The notes: generated by a model from the letters alone, not told the origin. 64,000 nucleotides of DNA from an uncultured Phycisphaerales bacterium (GCA_963836515.1 CAWIJX010000006.1:324809-388808); one strand, 5' to 3'. Numbered from the stretch's first letter, positions 1 to 10,075 are shown. A program made the numbers and translations.

Positions 1-102
1 CCGAAGAAGCACTTTGGCCTCCTGGTAGCGCCGTTCCGCGGCCACCTCGAAGCCTGAAATGCAGTCCTGCCCGGCGAGGATTCTCGCGTAGACACTCGGC
101 AC
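1..102 (-). CDS. hypothetical protein, 5' end only; the gene runs off the window start
   Basis: Minus-strand GTG at 100-102 preceded by GGAGGA 5 nt upstream. The frame reads VPSVYARILAGQDCISGFEVAAERRYQEAKVLLR to the window edge. Not in the ORF track and no homology recognised. Confidence 0.3.
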   Translation of the reverse strand, partial: MPSVYARILAGQDCISGFEVAAERRYQEAKVLLR

Positions 103-288
103 GATTGTCCTCCGCGCTGCTGCGCCATGCAATCATCAGCTCATCCGTTGGCGGGAGGCCCCGACGGCCCCCTTGCGAGCATGTATCGGCTATTTGGGGC
201 CAATCACAACAGGATTTCAGGGACCCGGCCATTCGACGCCAACTCCATGCACTGCTCCCCGATCCCCAATCCCTGTTATCATGCTCCC

Positions 289-1191
289 ATGCGCAACGTG
301 CTGATATTCCACCTCGGCGCGCTGGGAGACTTTGTGCTCACCTGGCCGCTGGCCATTGCGCTGTTGCGCGTACACCCGCAGAGCCGGATCGTGTACGTGA
401 CCCATGCCCAGAAGGGCGCGCTGGCGGAGAAGTTGGTCGGCGTGGAATCGGCCGACATCGAAGGCGGATGGCATCACCTCTTCGGCGATCCGACAGGCCT
501 GCCGGCACCGGCGGCAAAACTCCTCCGTGATGCGCACAGTGTGTATTCGTTCATCGCCGCCAAGGATGATGCGTGGGTTGGGAACGTCAGGAAGATCGCG
601 ACGCAGGCGGATGTCTGCTGCCTCCTGCCCAGGCCGACAGGGAATGTGGCACAGCACGCGGCCGAGTTTATCGCCGCTCAACTGGACTCGCGGCCAGCGG
701 TGGCCGAGGCCGTGAGAAGCGTGCTTCGGCGGCTGAGTGAACGCGGGCTGAAGACGCCTCGGCCGGACACAAAGACCATCGTCATCCATCCGGGCAGCGG
801 CTCGAAGGAGAAATGCTGGCCGGCCGAGAGATTCCTGGAACTGGCGCGGCGGCTGATCGCATCGGGACAGGATGTGAATTTCATCCTAGGCGAGGTGGAA
901 TTCGAGCGCTGGCCGCGTGAACTCGTGCGCGAGTTTGAATCGGCGGCGCTGACGCGGTATCCGAAAACCTACGTGGAACTGGCGGAATTGCTGACACGAG
1001 CAAGAACGTACATCGGCAATGATAGCGGGCCAACGCACCTGGCGGGGATCATGGGCATGGCGACGGTGGCGCTGTTCGGGCCAACCGATCCACGGGTTTG
1101 GAAACCGCTCGGTCCGGATGTGCGCGTGATCCGCAAGCAGCCGATCGGCACCATCAACGTGGATGATGTCATCACGCAGATCAGTGGATGA
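289..1191 (+). CDS. glycosyltransferase family 9 (ADP-heptose:LPS heptosyltransferase-like)
   Basis: ORF 127..1191. The internal ATG at 289 begins 'MRNVLIFHLGALGDFVLTWP'. GT9 motifs are present: 'IVIHPGSGSKEKCWP', 'YIGNDSGPTHLAG', 'ALFGPTDP'. Confidence 0.8.
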   Translation: MRNVLIFHLGALGDFVLTWPLAIALLRVHPQSRIVYVTHAQKGALAEKLVGVESADIEGGWHHLFGDPTGLPAPAAKLLRDAHSVYSFIAAKDDAWVGNVRKIATQADVCCLLPRPTGNVAQHAAEFIAAQLDSRPAVAEAVRSVLRRLSERGLKTPRPDTKTIVIHPGSGSKEKCWPAERFLELARRLIASGQDVNFILGEVEFERWPRELVREFESAALTRYPKTYVELAELLTRARTYIGNDSGPTHLAGIMGMATVALFGPTDPRVWKPLGPDVRVIRKQPIGTINVDDVITQISG

Positions 1192-2949
1192 ACCGCATCT
1201 TCCCGAAGTTGGGGATGGCGTCGGGAGCGGTCGGGAAAAAGAGCCGATAGCCGGCCGGCCAGTAGACAAAAAACGCCTTGCCCATGAGAAAACGACCCGG
1301 CACGCGACCGGGCTCGGCCCAGAGGCTTTCATCCTCGATCAGATCGACCGCGCCGGAGAGATGGAGGCTCTCGCCGTCGCGGCCAGTCCACATGCGGGCG
1401 TCGGCGCTCAGGGCGGAGTTGTCGCCAAGGACGAAGAACTCATCGTCGCAGACGTGCCCGCTGTCGTCGCGCTCGCCGGCGCGGTGCAGGTGGACGGGGT
1501 TGCTGATCGTGGCGCGGATGACATCGCGCTGGGCCGAGAGATAGTAGATGTCGCGCCAAAGGCTCAGGTGCGAGACGGTGCATGCCTGTTTCGCGGCGGA
1601 GATGCTGACCTGCGGCTGGGGAAAGAGATCCCGAATCTGCTGCGTGCTTCGGCCGCCGTTGCCGGCGAAGCGATCCCTTTCGCGCTGCCACAGATCGGCC
1701 AAGTCGGGATCATACGCCGCTTCGACGACGGTCTTGCCGTTGATCTTGAGAGTAATCTTGTAGTCGACGTTCTGGAAGACAACGTCGGCCGGACCTTTGG
1801 CGGAGATGGCGCCCTTGCCGAGCTCGACCTCCGTCCTGTCGTTCGGCCGATTGCGGTCCTTGGGATAGCGACGGATTACGCGGGCGCGATCGGGATGGAT
1901 TTCAGCAACGAACTCGTTGTTGAGCTTTGTCATCCGCACAGCCAGCGGAGACTGGCCACCGCCATCCTGCCGCTCATACGAGAACTGCACCTTGATGTCG
2001 CTGACATTCCACCGTGGCACCCGGTTATTGACGTAGTTGTCGCCATTAGGGCCTTCGTCATACGGAAGCCAATCGGTGAACGGGAACGTGCCCTGGTTGG
2101 CGTTGGGGTCGAACGTGACGCCCCCTCGCCCATGGGATCATTGAAATGCAGGAGCCGGCCGGGGTCGCCATCGCCCCCGATCTGCCACTTGCCGCTGGGC
2201 CGCCAGGGGTTGGTGAACTCCTTGCGCATCGGGTAGTAGTCGTTGTCGTAGACGATGCGCCAGAGGGAATCCTGCGCTGCGCGGGTCTTTCGCTGGATTT
2301 GCCAGGGCCAGGCTTCGGGGTGGTCGGGCTTCTCGGGATTGCCGCTCAGCCAGCGGGTGTGATCGTTGGGGCAGGTGTAGATATCGCCGTCCAGGATCAT
2401 GAGGCCCTCGCCCGGCTTGCCGATGAGACGCTTGATGAAGTTGACGCTGTAGTCCTCGGACTTGGTGGATGGGCTCTTGAACACCACGACATCCCAGCGG
2501 CCGGGCTCGTGCAGCAGGTAGAGATATTTCAGCACGAGGATTCGGTTGCCGTAGTGGACCGGAGGATTGATGGCCGACTGATCGGGGTCGGGGTCGTTGG
2601 GTTTGACCTCAAAGCCGCAGTTGGGGCAATGGACGGAATACGTATCGGTCCTGCCGGCCAACGACGGGATGATGGGCTCGCTGCTGGTCGAATTGGGATT
2701 GCGATAGTTGACCAGGAAATCGTAACCGCAGTCCTGGCAGCGATAGCGGATGTGGGCTCCGAGCAGCGTCGTGGCCATCGAGCCCGAAGGAATGACGAAG
2801 GCCTCGACGACAAACGCGCGGAAGACAAAGGCGAGGATGAAGGCGACGAGGATCGACTCGAGGGTCTCCTTGACGACCTCCTTGTGCGAGCGCGGTGGAG
2901 GCTGCTTGCCGGGCTGCTTTTCGAGGGAAGGCTTGGTCGGTTCGGGCAT
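1181..2949 (-). CDS. lepB: signal peptidase I (long planctomycete-type), apparent frameshift near 2120-2126
   Basis: N-terminal ORF 1930..3099 carries box B 'IPSGSMATTL' and box D 'RLIGKPGEG'. C-terminal ORF 1181..2020 in another frame carries 'FFVLGDNSALSADARMW'. The two frames join inside a C5/G5 homopolymer around 2121-2125. Start at the internal ATG 2949 ('MPEPTKPSLEKQ'). Confidence 0.75.
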
Positions 2950-2972
2950 AAGGGCGGGTAATATAGCAGAAA

Positions 2973-3012
2973 GCGACGTGGCGACGTAGCGACGGGGCGA
3001 CGGGGCGACGAA
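2973..3012. repeat. tandem octamer GCGACGNN x5 in the lepB/tlpA divergent intergenic region
   Basis: gcgacgtg gcgacgta gcgacggg gcgacggg gcgacgaa. The reverse-complement 'cttcgtcg' tandem recurs at 43983-44017 and 37500-37520. Confidence 0.8.
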
Positions 3013-3133
3013 GGGAAGGGCAGGAGGGCACATCTCCGCTGGTGACAACCTCAAGCGCGATGGCTCGGCGCGTTCTCCGGTCGAAAGCCGATTCTCCATT
3101 GATCGAAGGCAACCGTTGCGTTACGCTCGCAAG

Positions 3134-3152
3134 CACATCGAAACCCCGGCCA
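3134..3152 (+). promoter_or_regulatory. perfect 8-bp stem hairpin (CCCCGGCC-atc-GGCCGGGG) in the 5' leader just upstream of the tlpA-like RBS
   Basis: Seen directly; followed by 'aagaaaggaaggatgaatcATG'. Confidence 0.5.
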
Positions 3153-3181
3153 TCGGCCGGGGAAGAAAGGAAGGATGAATC

Positions 3182-3715
3182 ATGGTCTGGCGCACACTCA
3201 CGGCTATCTGCTGCTTCTCGGTAATGGGGCTGTCCTGGTCTTGCGCTCGCGCGGCGGAAGGGCCTGCCTCGCTGGAGGGGAAGGTCGCGCCGGACTTTTC
3301 GCTGAAGACGATTGATGACAAGCCGGTGAAACTCTCCGAGATGAAGGGCAGCGTGGTGGTCATCGACTTCTGGGCGACGTGGTGCCCGCCCTGCCGCAAG
3401 TCGCTGCCGCATCTCCAGAAGGTCAGCGCGGACAAGGCGATGGCCGACCAGGGCCTGGTTGTGTGGGCGGTCAATGCGCGCGAGGCGAAGGACAAGGTCC
3501 AGCAGTTCCTGACGGACAACAAGTACACTTTCATCGTGCCGATGGATGCGGAAGGCGCCGCGATGAAGGATTATCTCGTGCGCGGAATTCCAACGACCGT
3601 GATCGTCGGACGCGACGGCACGGTCAAGAAAGTCTTCGTCGGTTTCGGAGAGGGCAGCGAGGGGCCGATGGACGAGGCCGTTGCCGCGGCGCTGAAGGAA
3701 GCCAAGGCCAAATAG
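3182..3715 (+). CDS. TlpA/ResA-like thiol:disulfide oxidoreductase (thioredoxin fold), secreted
   Basis: Signal peptide followed by a 'WATWCPPC' active site. AhpC/TSA-TlpA family layout. Confidence 0.8.
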   Translation: MVWRTLTAICCFSVMGLSWSCARAAEGPASLEGKVAPDFSLKTIDDKPVKLSEMKGSVVVIDFWATWCPPCRKSLPHLQKVSADKAMADQGLVVWAVNAREAKDKVQQFLTDNKYTFIVPMDAEGAAMKDYLVRGIPTTVIVGRDGTVKKVFVGFGEGSEGPMDEAVAAALKEAKAK

Positions 3716-3724
3716 AGCGTTGGC

Positions 3725-3850
3725 ATGAAGCGACGCGAATTCATCAAGGCGGTAGCCGCAACCGTGGCCGTGGGCTTGCCGGTCGGACTCAATGCGGCCG
3801 AGCCGCCAGCGATGCCCCGCCGCACATGGTGGTACTGGACTTCTGAGCTC
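3725..3850 (+). pseudogene. orphan twin-arginine signal peptide remnant (MKRREFIKAVAATVAVGLPVGLNAAEP) with no downstream coding body
   Basis: ORF 3725..4009 has a Tat-like N-terminus, then degenerates and runs antisense into the convergent oxidoreductase gene. Confidence 0.3.
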
Positions 3851-3888
3851 GTCAGCTCGCACGGCCGGCCCGCGCCCGCACCACCAGA

Positions 3889-5184
3889 TCAGATCGGCGG
3901 CAACTGCCACGGGTCGCGCCGGTCGCGGTCGAGCCAGCGATTGGCTTCGGCGTCGCCGACGAATTCCCACTTCTTCGGGTCCCAGCGTAATTGCCGATGG
4001 TTCCAGTAAGCCAGGTTGCCCAAGATCGTGATCGCCACCGAGCGCGAGCCAATTTCGACATCAGCCACGGGGCGCTTGCGCGAGCGGATGCAGTTGATCC
4101 AGTCGCGGTGGTGGCCGGGCGATTCGTAGAGATGGACATCCTTCTCGCCGAGCGGGTCTTTCACGATGCTCTCGGGCTCGCCGGTAAGGACACCGCGGTC
4201 GATGTGCAGCTTGCCCTGGGTGCCGACGAAGACGCAACCGCCAGGGCCGCCGTGAGTCATGACCACGCCGTTTTCGTAGATGAACTTCACGCCGGTGGTG
4301 GCTTTCGGATCCTCGGGCGGGATAATCTGCACCGGCCCGGATTCGTCCATGCCCAGGCACCACTGGGCGATGTCGTAATGGTGTGCGCCCATGTCGGAAT
4401 GGCCGCCTCCGGCGTATTCGCGGTAACTGCGCCAGGCGGGAAAGTGATTGTGGACGCCGCGCGGGCTGAGGGCCGAGTGATAGGGCCGCATCGGCGCCGG
4501 GCCAAGCCAGAGATCCCAGTTGAGTCCCGGCTCCATCGTCTCAGCCGGCAGGTCGCACCATCGGCTCGGCCCGCCCACGCCAACGCTGACGGTCTGGATC
4601 TTGCCAAGCCGGCCACTGCGGACGATCTCCGCGGCCTTGCGAAAGGGGCCGAACACGCTGGAGCGCTGCTGGCTACCGGTCTGGTGAACGCGGTTGTACT
4701 TGCGCACGGCCTCGATGCATCGCTTTGCCTCTGCCAGCGTGAGTGTCAGTGGCTTCTCGCAATAGACATCCTTGCCCGCCTTGCACGCCTCGATGATCGG
4801 GATCGCGTGCTGGTGCTCGGGTGTGGCGATGCAGACGGCGTCGATGTCCTTGCGCGCGATGACCTCGCGGAAGTCGGCGTAGGTGGCGCAGCCCTGATAG
4901 TCGCCGTTTTTTGAATAGGCCTTTTCGACACGGGCTTTCGCGTGGTCGAGGCGGCTCTTGTCCACCTCGCACACGGCCACCGCCTGCACATCGCCGAAGG
5001 TCAGCAGCGTGCTCAGGTGGTAGTCGTCGGCCATCTTCCCACAACCGATGAAACCGACGACGATGCGCTCGCTGGGTGGTGCCTTGCCTTCAGCGCCGAA
5101 CACCGACGCGGGAACGATCATGGGCGCGGCCAGGGCAGTGACGGCGCCTTTGAGAAACTGACGACGAGCAACGACTGAGTTCAC
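3889..5184 (-). CDS. Gfo/Idh/MocA family oxidoreductase with Tat signal
   Basis: 'MNSVVARRQFLKGAVTALAAP' Tat motif, 'VGFIGCGKMADDYH' Rossmann motif, 431 aa intact. Confidence 0.85.
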   Translation of the reverse strand: MNSVVARRQFLKGAVTALAAPMIVPASVFGAEGKAPPSERIVVGFIGCGKMADDYHLSTLLTFGDVQAVAVCEVDKSRLDHAKARVEKAYSKNGDYQGCATYADFREVIARKDIDAVCIATPEHQHAIPIIEACKAGKDVYCEKPLTLTLAEAKRCIEAVRKYNRVHQTGSQQRSSVFGPFRKAAEIVRSGRLGKIQTVSVGVGGPSRWCDLPAETMEPGLNWDLWLGPAPMRPYHSALSPRGVHNHFPAWRSYREYAGGGHSDMGAHHYDIAQWCLGMDESGPVQIIPPEDPKATTGVKFIYENGVVMTHGGPGGCVFVGTQGKLHIDRGVLTGEPESIVKDPLGEKDVHLYESPGHHRDWINCIRSRKRPVADVEIGSRSVAITILGNLAYWNHRQLRWDPKKWEFVGDAEANRWLDRDRRDPWQLPPI

Positions 5185-5309
5185 GCGAGGCTCCTTTCAC
5201 GCTCATCGGTTTCAACACGTCGATTCACCGATGATACCGGGGCGTGATACCGTTCCATCGCCTCGCGTGCAAGTGTTATCCGGTCTTCCGGGTACAATCG
5301 GAAGCTGAC

Positions 5310-5780
5310 ATGAGCGAGCCACTCAGCCATCTCGACTCCGCCGGCCGGCCACGCATGGTGGACGTCGGCGACAAGCCCCCTACCCGTCGTCGCGCCGTGG
5401 CCGAGGCGCGCTGCGCATCTCCGATGCACTCATTGAGCAGATCAACGCCAACGCTTTGGCCAAAGGCAGCCTGCTGGATGTGGCGCGGCTGGCCGGGATT
5501 CAGGCCGCCAAACGCACGGATGAGCTGATCCCGCTCTGCCACAGCCTGCCGCTGGAACATGTGCGGGTCGAGGCGTGGGTGGATCCTCCCTACGTGCGCC
5601 TGCGCCGAGGCGTCGACGACGGGCAAGACCGGCGTGGAGATGGAAGCGCTGACGGCCGTCGCCGTGGCGGCGCTGACGGTAATCGACATGGGCAAGGCGG
5701 TCGATCGGGGCATGGTCATTGAGGAGATTCGGCTCCTGGAGAAGACCGGCGGCCGCCGCGGGGATTATCACGCGCCGTGA
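5310..5780 (+). CDS. moaC: cyclic pyranopterin monophosphate synthase accessory protein MoaC, two apparent frameshifts
   Basis: MoaC segments lie in three frames: '[23 protein letters not shown]' (ORF 5244..), '[38 protein letters not shown]' (ORF 5456..) and '[47 protein letters not shown]' (ORF 5559..). Joins are near 5410 and 5600. Confidence 0.8.
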
Positions 5781-5798
5781 ACATCTGAAGCGGAAGCG

Positions 5799-6038
5799 TC
5801 AGCGCCCGCCCTGGGTCGGGGCGGGCTCACGCTTCCGCTTCAGACACTGCGCACGGCTGTCCGTCACGATCACGCCGGCTTTCCTCATCTCCTCAATTGC
5901 CCGATCCACATCGCCGCTCTTGAGATTGACGCCGCGGCAAGCGTCGACGAGCAGGTGCGTGCGGAAGCCGAGCTGCACGGCGTCGAGCGCCGTGAATTTC
6001 ACGCTCTCCGGCAGCAGCGCGAGCCGTGGGAAAAGGCT
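5799..6038 (-). pseudogene. nicotinamidase/isochorismatase-family C-terminal fragment (PncA-like)
   Basis: 'VKFTALDAVQLGFRTHLLVDACRGVNL...AIEEMRKAGVIV' matches the PncA C-terminus. There is an in-frame stop at 6039-6041 and only 135 nt before the next gene, so the N-terminal two thirds are absent. Confidence 0.5.
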
Positions 6039-6137
6039 TCAGAAAGTCAGGAACTTCCCGCACCCAATCCGCTCAAAGGGAGAGCAAGGGCGCGCGGCGC
6101 GGAGGCCATTGACGTTCGATATATCAGGAGACCGCCT

Positions 6138-7551
6138 ATGAACACACCCCGATGGGCATTCCGACTCACCGCCGTTGCGTTCCTGTCGCTGGCCAGTCCA
6201 GCATCGGCGTTGATCTTCTTTACGCTCGGCAATGCGCCCGTTCAGGATCAGGCGTGGCGGGCAGGCGCTGTGGACGTGGCCAACTTCCGGTGCCGCGCCG
6301 GGTATTGGGAAGGCCCGCCGTTTGGCGGTGGGATGTACACGTTTCTGTATCGCGGCGACGGCGGCGACTTCAACGAGATCCTCGCGATCTTCGCGAAGAT
6401 CCGTGCGCCGGAATTGAGGCTGGTTGTCCACGATGGGCCGCAGGAGGGCTTCATCTTCCAGGACAAGGATGACCCCAAGGCCAACAAACGCGTCGACTGG
6501 GACTTCGTCGTCTGGAATCCCCGCAACTACTACTCGCTGTACGGCAATCCGAAGAGCGCGTTCTCTTCCAGCCAGAGCGAGTACCATCAGCCTCTGCCGC
6601 CGCCCACCATCAACGTCTACGTCGGCGGAGGCGGCGGGGTTGTGTGGGACAAGGTCAACGTGCCCAAGGGCATTGGGGTGATCGACAAGCGAGCCTCGGC
6701 GGCCGGGGTGAAGCCGGGCAGCGGCGCGGTCGTCGAAGGCTGCGTGTATGACATGCTCACGAGCAAGCCGCTGGCCGGGGCGAAGATCCAGGTGAAGACG
6801 CACAAGGCGCCGGACCAATGGACCGAGGCGGGCGCGGCAACGGCGGATAAGGATGGGCGATTCCGGATCGAGAAGATCCCGGCCGGGACATGCCAGGTGA
6901 CGGTCTCGGCCGAGGGATTCTCGCCGCGCGGGATGGGCTGGCAGGCGCTGGTGACCGATGGCTACCTGGGGTTCAACGATATCGAGCTGGCACCGGAGGC
7001 GAGCATTTCCGGGCGGCGTGGTGGACGAGGATGGCAAACCGGTGGCCGGCGCGACGGCGAGGGCGGACAACCCCATGGCGATCGACGGCCGGGGGTACAT
7101 GGCCGCGTCGAAGCTGGAGGCGCAGGCCGATGCCGACGGCAGATTCACCATCGGCGAACTGCCCCAGGGGTTCACGCAGGTATTCTGGTACGCACAGGGC
7201 TATTGCGCGGCCGAATCGTCGCAGCAGATTCGCGAGGTGCCCGCGAAAGACATGACGCTGAAGATGGCCAGGGCAGGCGTGATCAAGGGCAAGGCGATCG
7301 GGGCCGATGGCAAGCCTCTGGCGGGCCAGGTCAACGTCTCGCTCGAATCGCTCGGGAACGTCGGCGGGAATTGGGGCGGCGGGATGTATGCCAAGCCCGA
7401 TGGCTCTTTTCAGTTCGAGAACGTGCCGCCGGGGAAGTATCAGCTTTCGGCGCAGCCCAATCCCGGCCGGGCGGCGACACCTGATAACGTGAAGACGATC
7501 ACGGTCAGCGGGGGCAAGACGGTCGAGCAGGATTTGACGGTCGCGCCGTGA
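6138..7551 (+). CDS. secreted protein with three carboxypeptidase-regulatory-like (CarbopepD_reg) domains, apparent frameshift near 7010
   Basis: ATG 6138 with an AGGAG RBS. The signal peptide is 'MNTPRWAFRLTAVAFLSLASPASA'. 'DGRFRIEKIPAGTCQVTVSAEGF' is in the ORF 5955 frame; it continues as 'GVVDEDGKPVAG...DGRFTIGELPQG...DGSFQFENVPPGKYQL' in the ORF 6958 frame. Confidence 0.6.
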
Positions 7552-7559
7552 CAGAGAGA

Positions 7560-7590
7560 GAACCACAGATGAACACTGATGAGCACAGAT
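7560..7590 (+). repeat. 3'-of-gene motif 'element X' copy 1 (GAACCACAGATGAACACtGATGAGCAC), immediately after the stop of the 6138..7551 gene
   Basis: It is an inverted partner of copy 2 at 7628-7656; together they form a long hairpin between convergent genes. Copy 3 is at 37526-37557. Confidence 0.7.
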
Positions 7591-7627
7591 TCGGAGGGCG
7601 AGCATACGCGCCATCTCATCCTATCCT

Positions 7628-7656
7628 AGTCCATCGGTGTCCATCTGTGGTTCCAT
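7628..7656 (-). repeat. element X copy 2 (minus orientation: GAACCACAGATGGACACCGATGGAC) immediately 3' of the RNase H-like gene
   Basis: Seen directly. Confidence 0.7.
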
Positions 7657-7677
7657 GATTGCCTCTGCGGTGAGTTA

Positions 7678-8649
7678 CTATCGGCTGCGGATCAGGTCCC
7701 CATCGCTGACGCCGAGTTCCTTGCGTTTGCTCTCGATGTCGCTCAGGAAGCGCAGGCCGTCATTGTAGTAGCCGGCCGTTGGCGTCAGCTCGGGAAGCAG
7801 GCCTTTCCAGTACGCGTTGAAACGCCGCATCAGCGCCTCGCGGAGGTACTTGCAGAGCATCGAAGCCACGGCCACCGACATGCACTGTGACTCGGCCTTT
7901 TCGCGGAAGATGATGCGCACGACGTGCCCGCCCTGCTTGAGGGCATACTCGGCGAAGCCGTCGCCTTCGGCAAGGATTTCCAGAGACCAGCTCTCGAACA
8001 TCAGGCGCAGCAGTTGGCCATAGTGCTCCCGGCCGCCCTGCTGGTCGCAGAAGATCATCAGTTTGCGCTGGCCGAACGTCTTGAGGAGGAAGTCCAGGTG
8101 AATGGCGGTGAGGGAGAAGAGGGCCGAGCTCTTGTTGCGCATCTGCTCGAACATGGCATTGAGCTGCCGCTCCAGGACAACGCGGGCGGCCAGGTGGACG
8201 CATCGCGTGGCGCAGCGATCCATCTCGCCGCGCAGAAAGCCGCTGGTGATGCGGACCATCGCGGGATCGTGCTCGATGGGGAATCGCTCATCGGCCGCGG
8301 GGGCGTACCAGGGATATTGAGGCAGGTCGGCCAGGACATGTGGCGCCACCTGGCCGAGAAACACGTGCAGATCGGCGGCCGGCCCGCGGAAACTGGCGCA
8401 GATCGAGAGGATGGACCGCTCCAGCTCCTTCAGACCGGTGGCCGGGGAATAGACGACTTTGCTGTCGTTGATGTGGATCTTCGTACCCTTGCGATCGCGC
8501 GATTTTCCGCAGACTTTGCGCAGGCGTTTCCAGAGGCAGGGAATCTCACCTTCCGGAAGATCGCCGTCCAGCTCGAAGGCGCAGCATCCGACGACCAGCG
8601 GGCCAAGCAGCGGCCCATAGCCTGCCTCGTCAATGCCGGCCAGGATCAT
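7678..8649 (-). CDS. ribonuclease HII-family (RNase H-like) protein, long form
   Basis: Internal ATG 8649 gives 'MILAGIDEAGYGPLLGPLVVG' (D-E motif), then 'INDSK' and a C-terminal 'MSVAVASMLCKYLREAL'. At 324 aa it is longer than canonical RnhB. Confidence 0.5.
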   Translation of the reverse strand: MILAGIDEAGYGPLLGPLVVGCCAFELDGDLPEGEIPCLWKRLRKVCGKSRDRKGTKIHINDSKVVYSPATGLKELERSILSICASFRGPAADLHVFLGQVAPHVLADLPQYPWYAPAADERFPIEHDPAMVRITSGFLRGEMDRCATRCVHLAARVVLERQLNAMFEQMRNKSSALFSLTAIHLDFLLKTFGQRKLMIFCDQQGGREHYGQLLRLMFESWSLEILAEGDGFAEYALKQGGHVVRIIFREKAESQCMSVAVASMLCKYLREALMRRFNAYWKGLLPELTPTAGYYNDGLRFLSDIESKRKELGVSDGDLIRSR

Positions 8650-8693
8650 GGAGGGATTATAGCGAATTCCGCCAGTGAGGGCACTGGCGGCAC

Positions 8694-9501
8694 TTACCCC
8701 TTGACCTTCGCGAAGAACGCCTGGCGCTCCTGCGGTGTGAGCGGAGCGACGGTTACCGTGAGCGTCTCCTCGGCAACCTTGATCTGCGTCAGCCGCACGG
8801 GCATGAACGTGTGCTTGTTGTCCCAGATGGGAATGCAGAGGATGGGATCGGCGCCCTCGTTGCGGAGCGAATTCAGAAGAAGCTGGCCCATGGCCGTGGC
8901 GGCGCCGTCGCCATCGATCGAGCCGGACGGATAGCTCCCGGCGCGCCTGCGCCATGCTGGCATGTTGCGCGTCAGGTAATTGTCCAGTTTCCGCAGATGC
9001 GGCGCGAGGACCGCCTGTGGAAGCGGCAGCCGACCGCCAAGGATCTTGGCAAGAGTGAGATGCAACTGCCCTTTGGTGTCGATTTCGGGCTGCACGTAGA
9101 AGCTGACAACATAGCCAAGCTCGGGCAAGCGTCCGGCAAGGATGATCTGGCCCTCGCTGAAGAACACGCCGAAGTCATCGATGAACGGCGCAAATCTCCG
9201 CTGGAGCTCCGGGTAGAAGACCTCGATGTTGTGCGAGATGAACGCGTTGACCTCCTCCTCGCTCAGCGTGATGGTCGTCGGATCCGTGACGGGGTTGTTC
9301 CGCGCCTCCTCGGCCATATGCTCGGCCTGGAGGATTTTCCGGCGGGCCGACTCGTTGATCACGCTGCGCTGGCTGCCCTTCCATGCGTAAATCTTGTAGA
9401 ACTCGGCGCCTGGCGCAGGTAATGAAACACCACCTCGGACAGCACCACCGCCGACGTGAGCAACAGCACAAGGACGACAACCAGGCGCTTGAGAAACTTC
9501 A
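8694..9501 (-). CDS. hypothetical membrane-anchored protein, apparent frameshift near 9400
   Basis: The N-terminal hydrophobic anchor 'MKFLKRLVVVLVLLLTSAVVL' is in ORF 9359..9565. The body continues as '...RSVINESARRKILQAEHMAEEARNNPV' in ORF 8694..9362. Confidence 0.4.
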
Positions 9502-9603
9502 TGCCGACAATTCCGTTACAGACGTTATAGCCGACCGGCGGGGGCAGTTCACCAGCCCGTTTCACCGGTTTTTATTTCGGCAACCCCGACAAGCGGGCTA
9601 AAC

Positions 9604-10070
9604 TTGAGCAGCATGCCGGCCACGCGGCCACAGTATCTTCCTACGCCCCGAGCGCCGGACGGTTCCCCCCGGCCGCAGACGGAGCATTATCGGTCCGCCG
9701 CGCGACGGCTGCGGCACCGCCATCGACACGACCCCGGTGAACTGCAACGATCGTTACAGCGGCTCGCGAGGGCCATGGACCGCGCCGGATCGGATCCGGG
9801 TGAGCTTGTCGGATGCGCCCGCCTGTTCGCTATCCAGGTATCGCGCGAGATCGAAGGGCGCGTGATGCGGTATTCCGCGCGATGCCGGTTGCTCCAGCGC
9901 GCCGATGAACTGGGACTGGGGCGATTTGAGGCCAACCTCATCATCGCATCGGTGCAGCATACGGCCAGTCACGAACGGATCGCCGTTCGCCCCGCGCAGG
10001 AGCCGATGGATTTGGCCAGCGGCGCTGGCGGCAGGCGTGCAGGCCGCCATCGCATGGGCAGTGTGGATCT
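9604..10070 (+). CDS. hypothetical small protein (weak call); the plus-strand terminator at 10117-10143 implies a transcript here
   Basis: In ORF 9604..10260 only the first ~150 aa look protein-like ('GELVGCARLFAIQVSREIEGRVMRYSARC'). The distal part is heptamer repeats and hairpins. Confidence 0.2.
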
Positions 10071-10075
10071 TGGTA

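Noticed and set aside
7575-7600. Possible hammerhead-ribozyme core, from the CTGATGAG word in 'cactgatgagcacagattc'
   Set aside because: There is no GAAA partner strand and no stems I/II/III in the right register. The word is part of the tandem decamer of element X.
9482-9544. Base-level check of ORF 9359..9565 against the printed sequence gave a 1-nt register disagreement in two places (a G run near 9539-9544 and 'aacagg' near 9479-9484)
   Set aside because: This is most likely my own counting error on the printed lines. The track translation is internally consistent with homology, so I relied on the track rather than propose edits.
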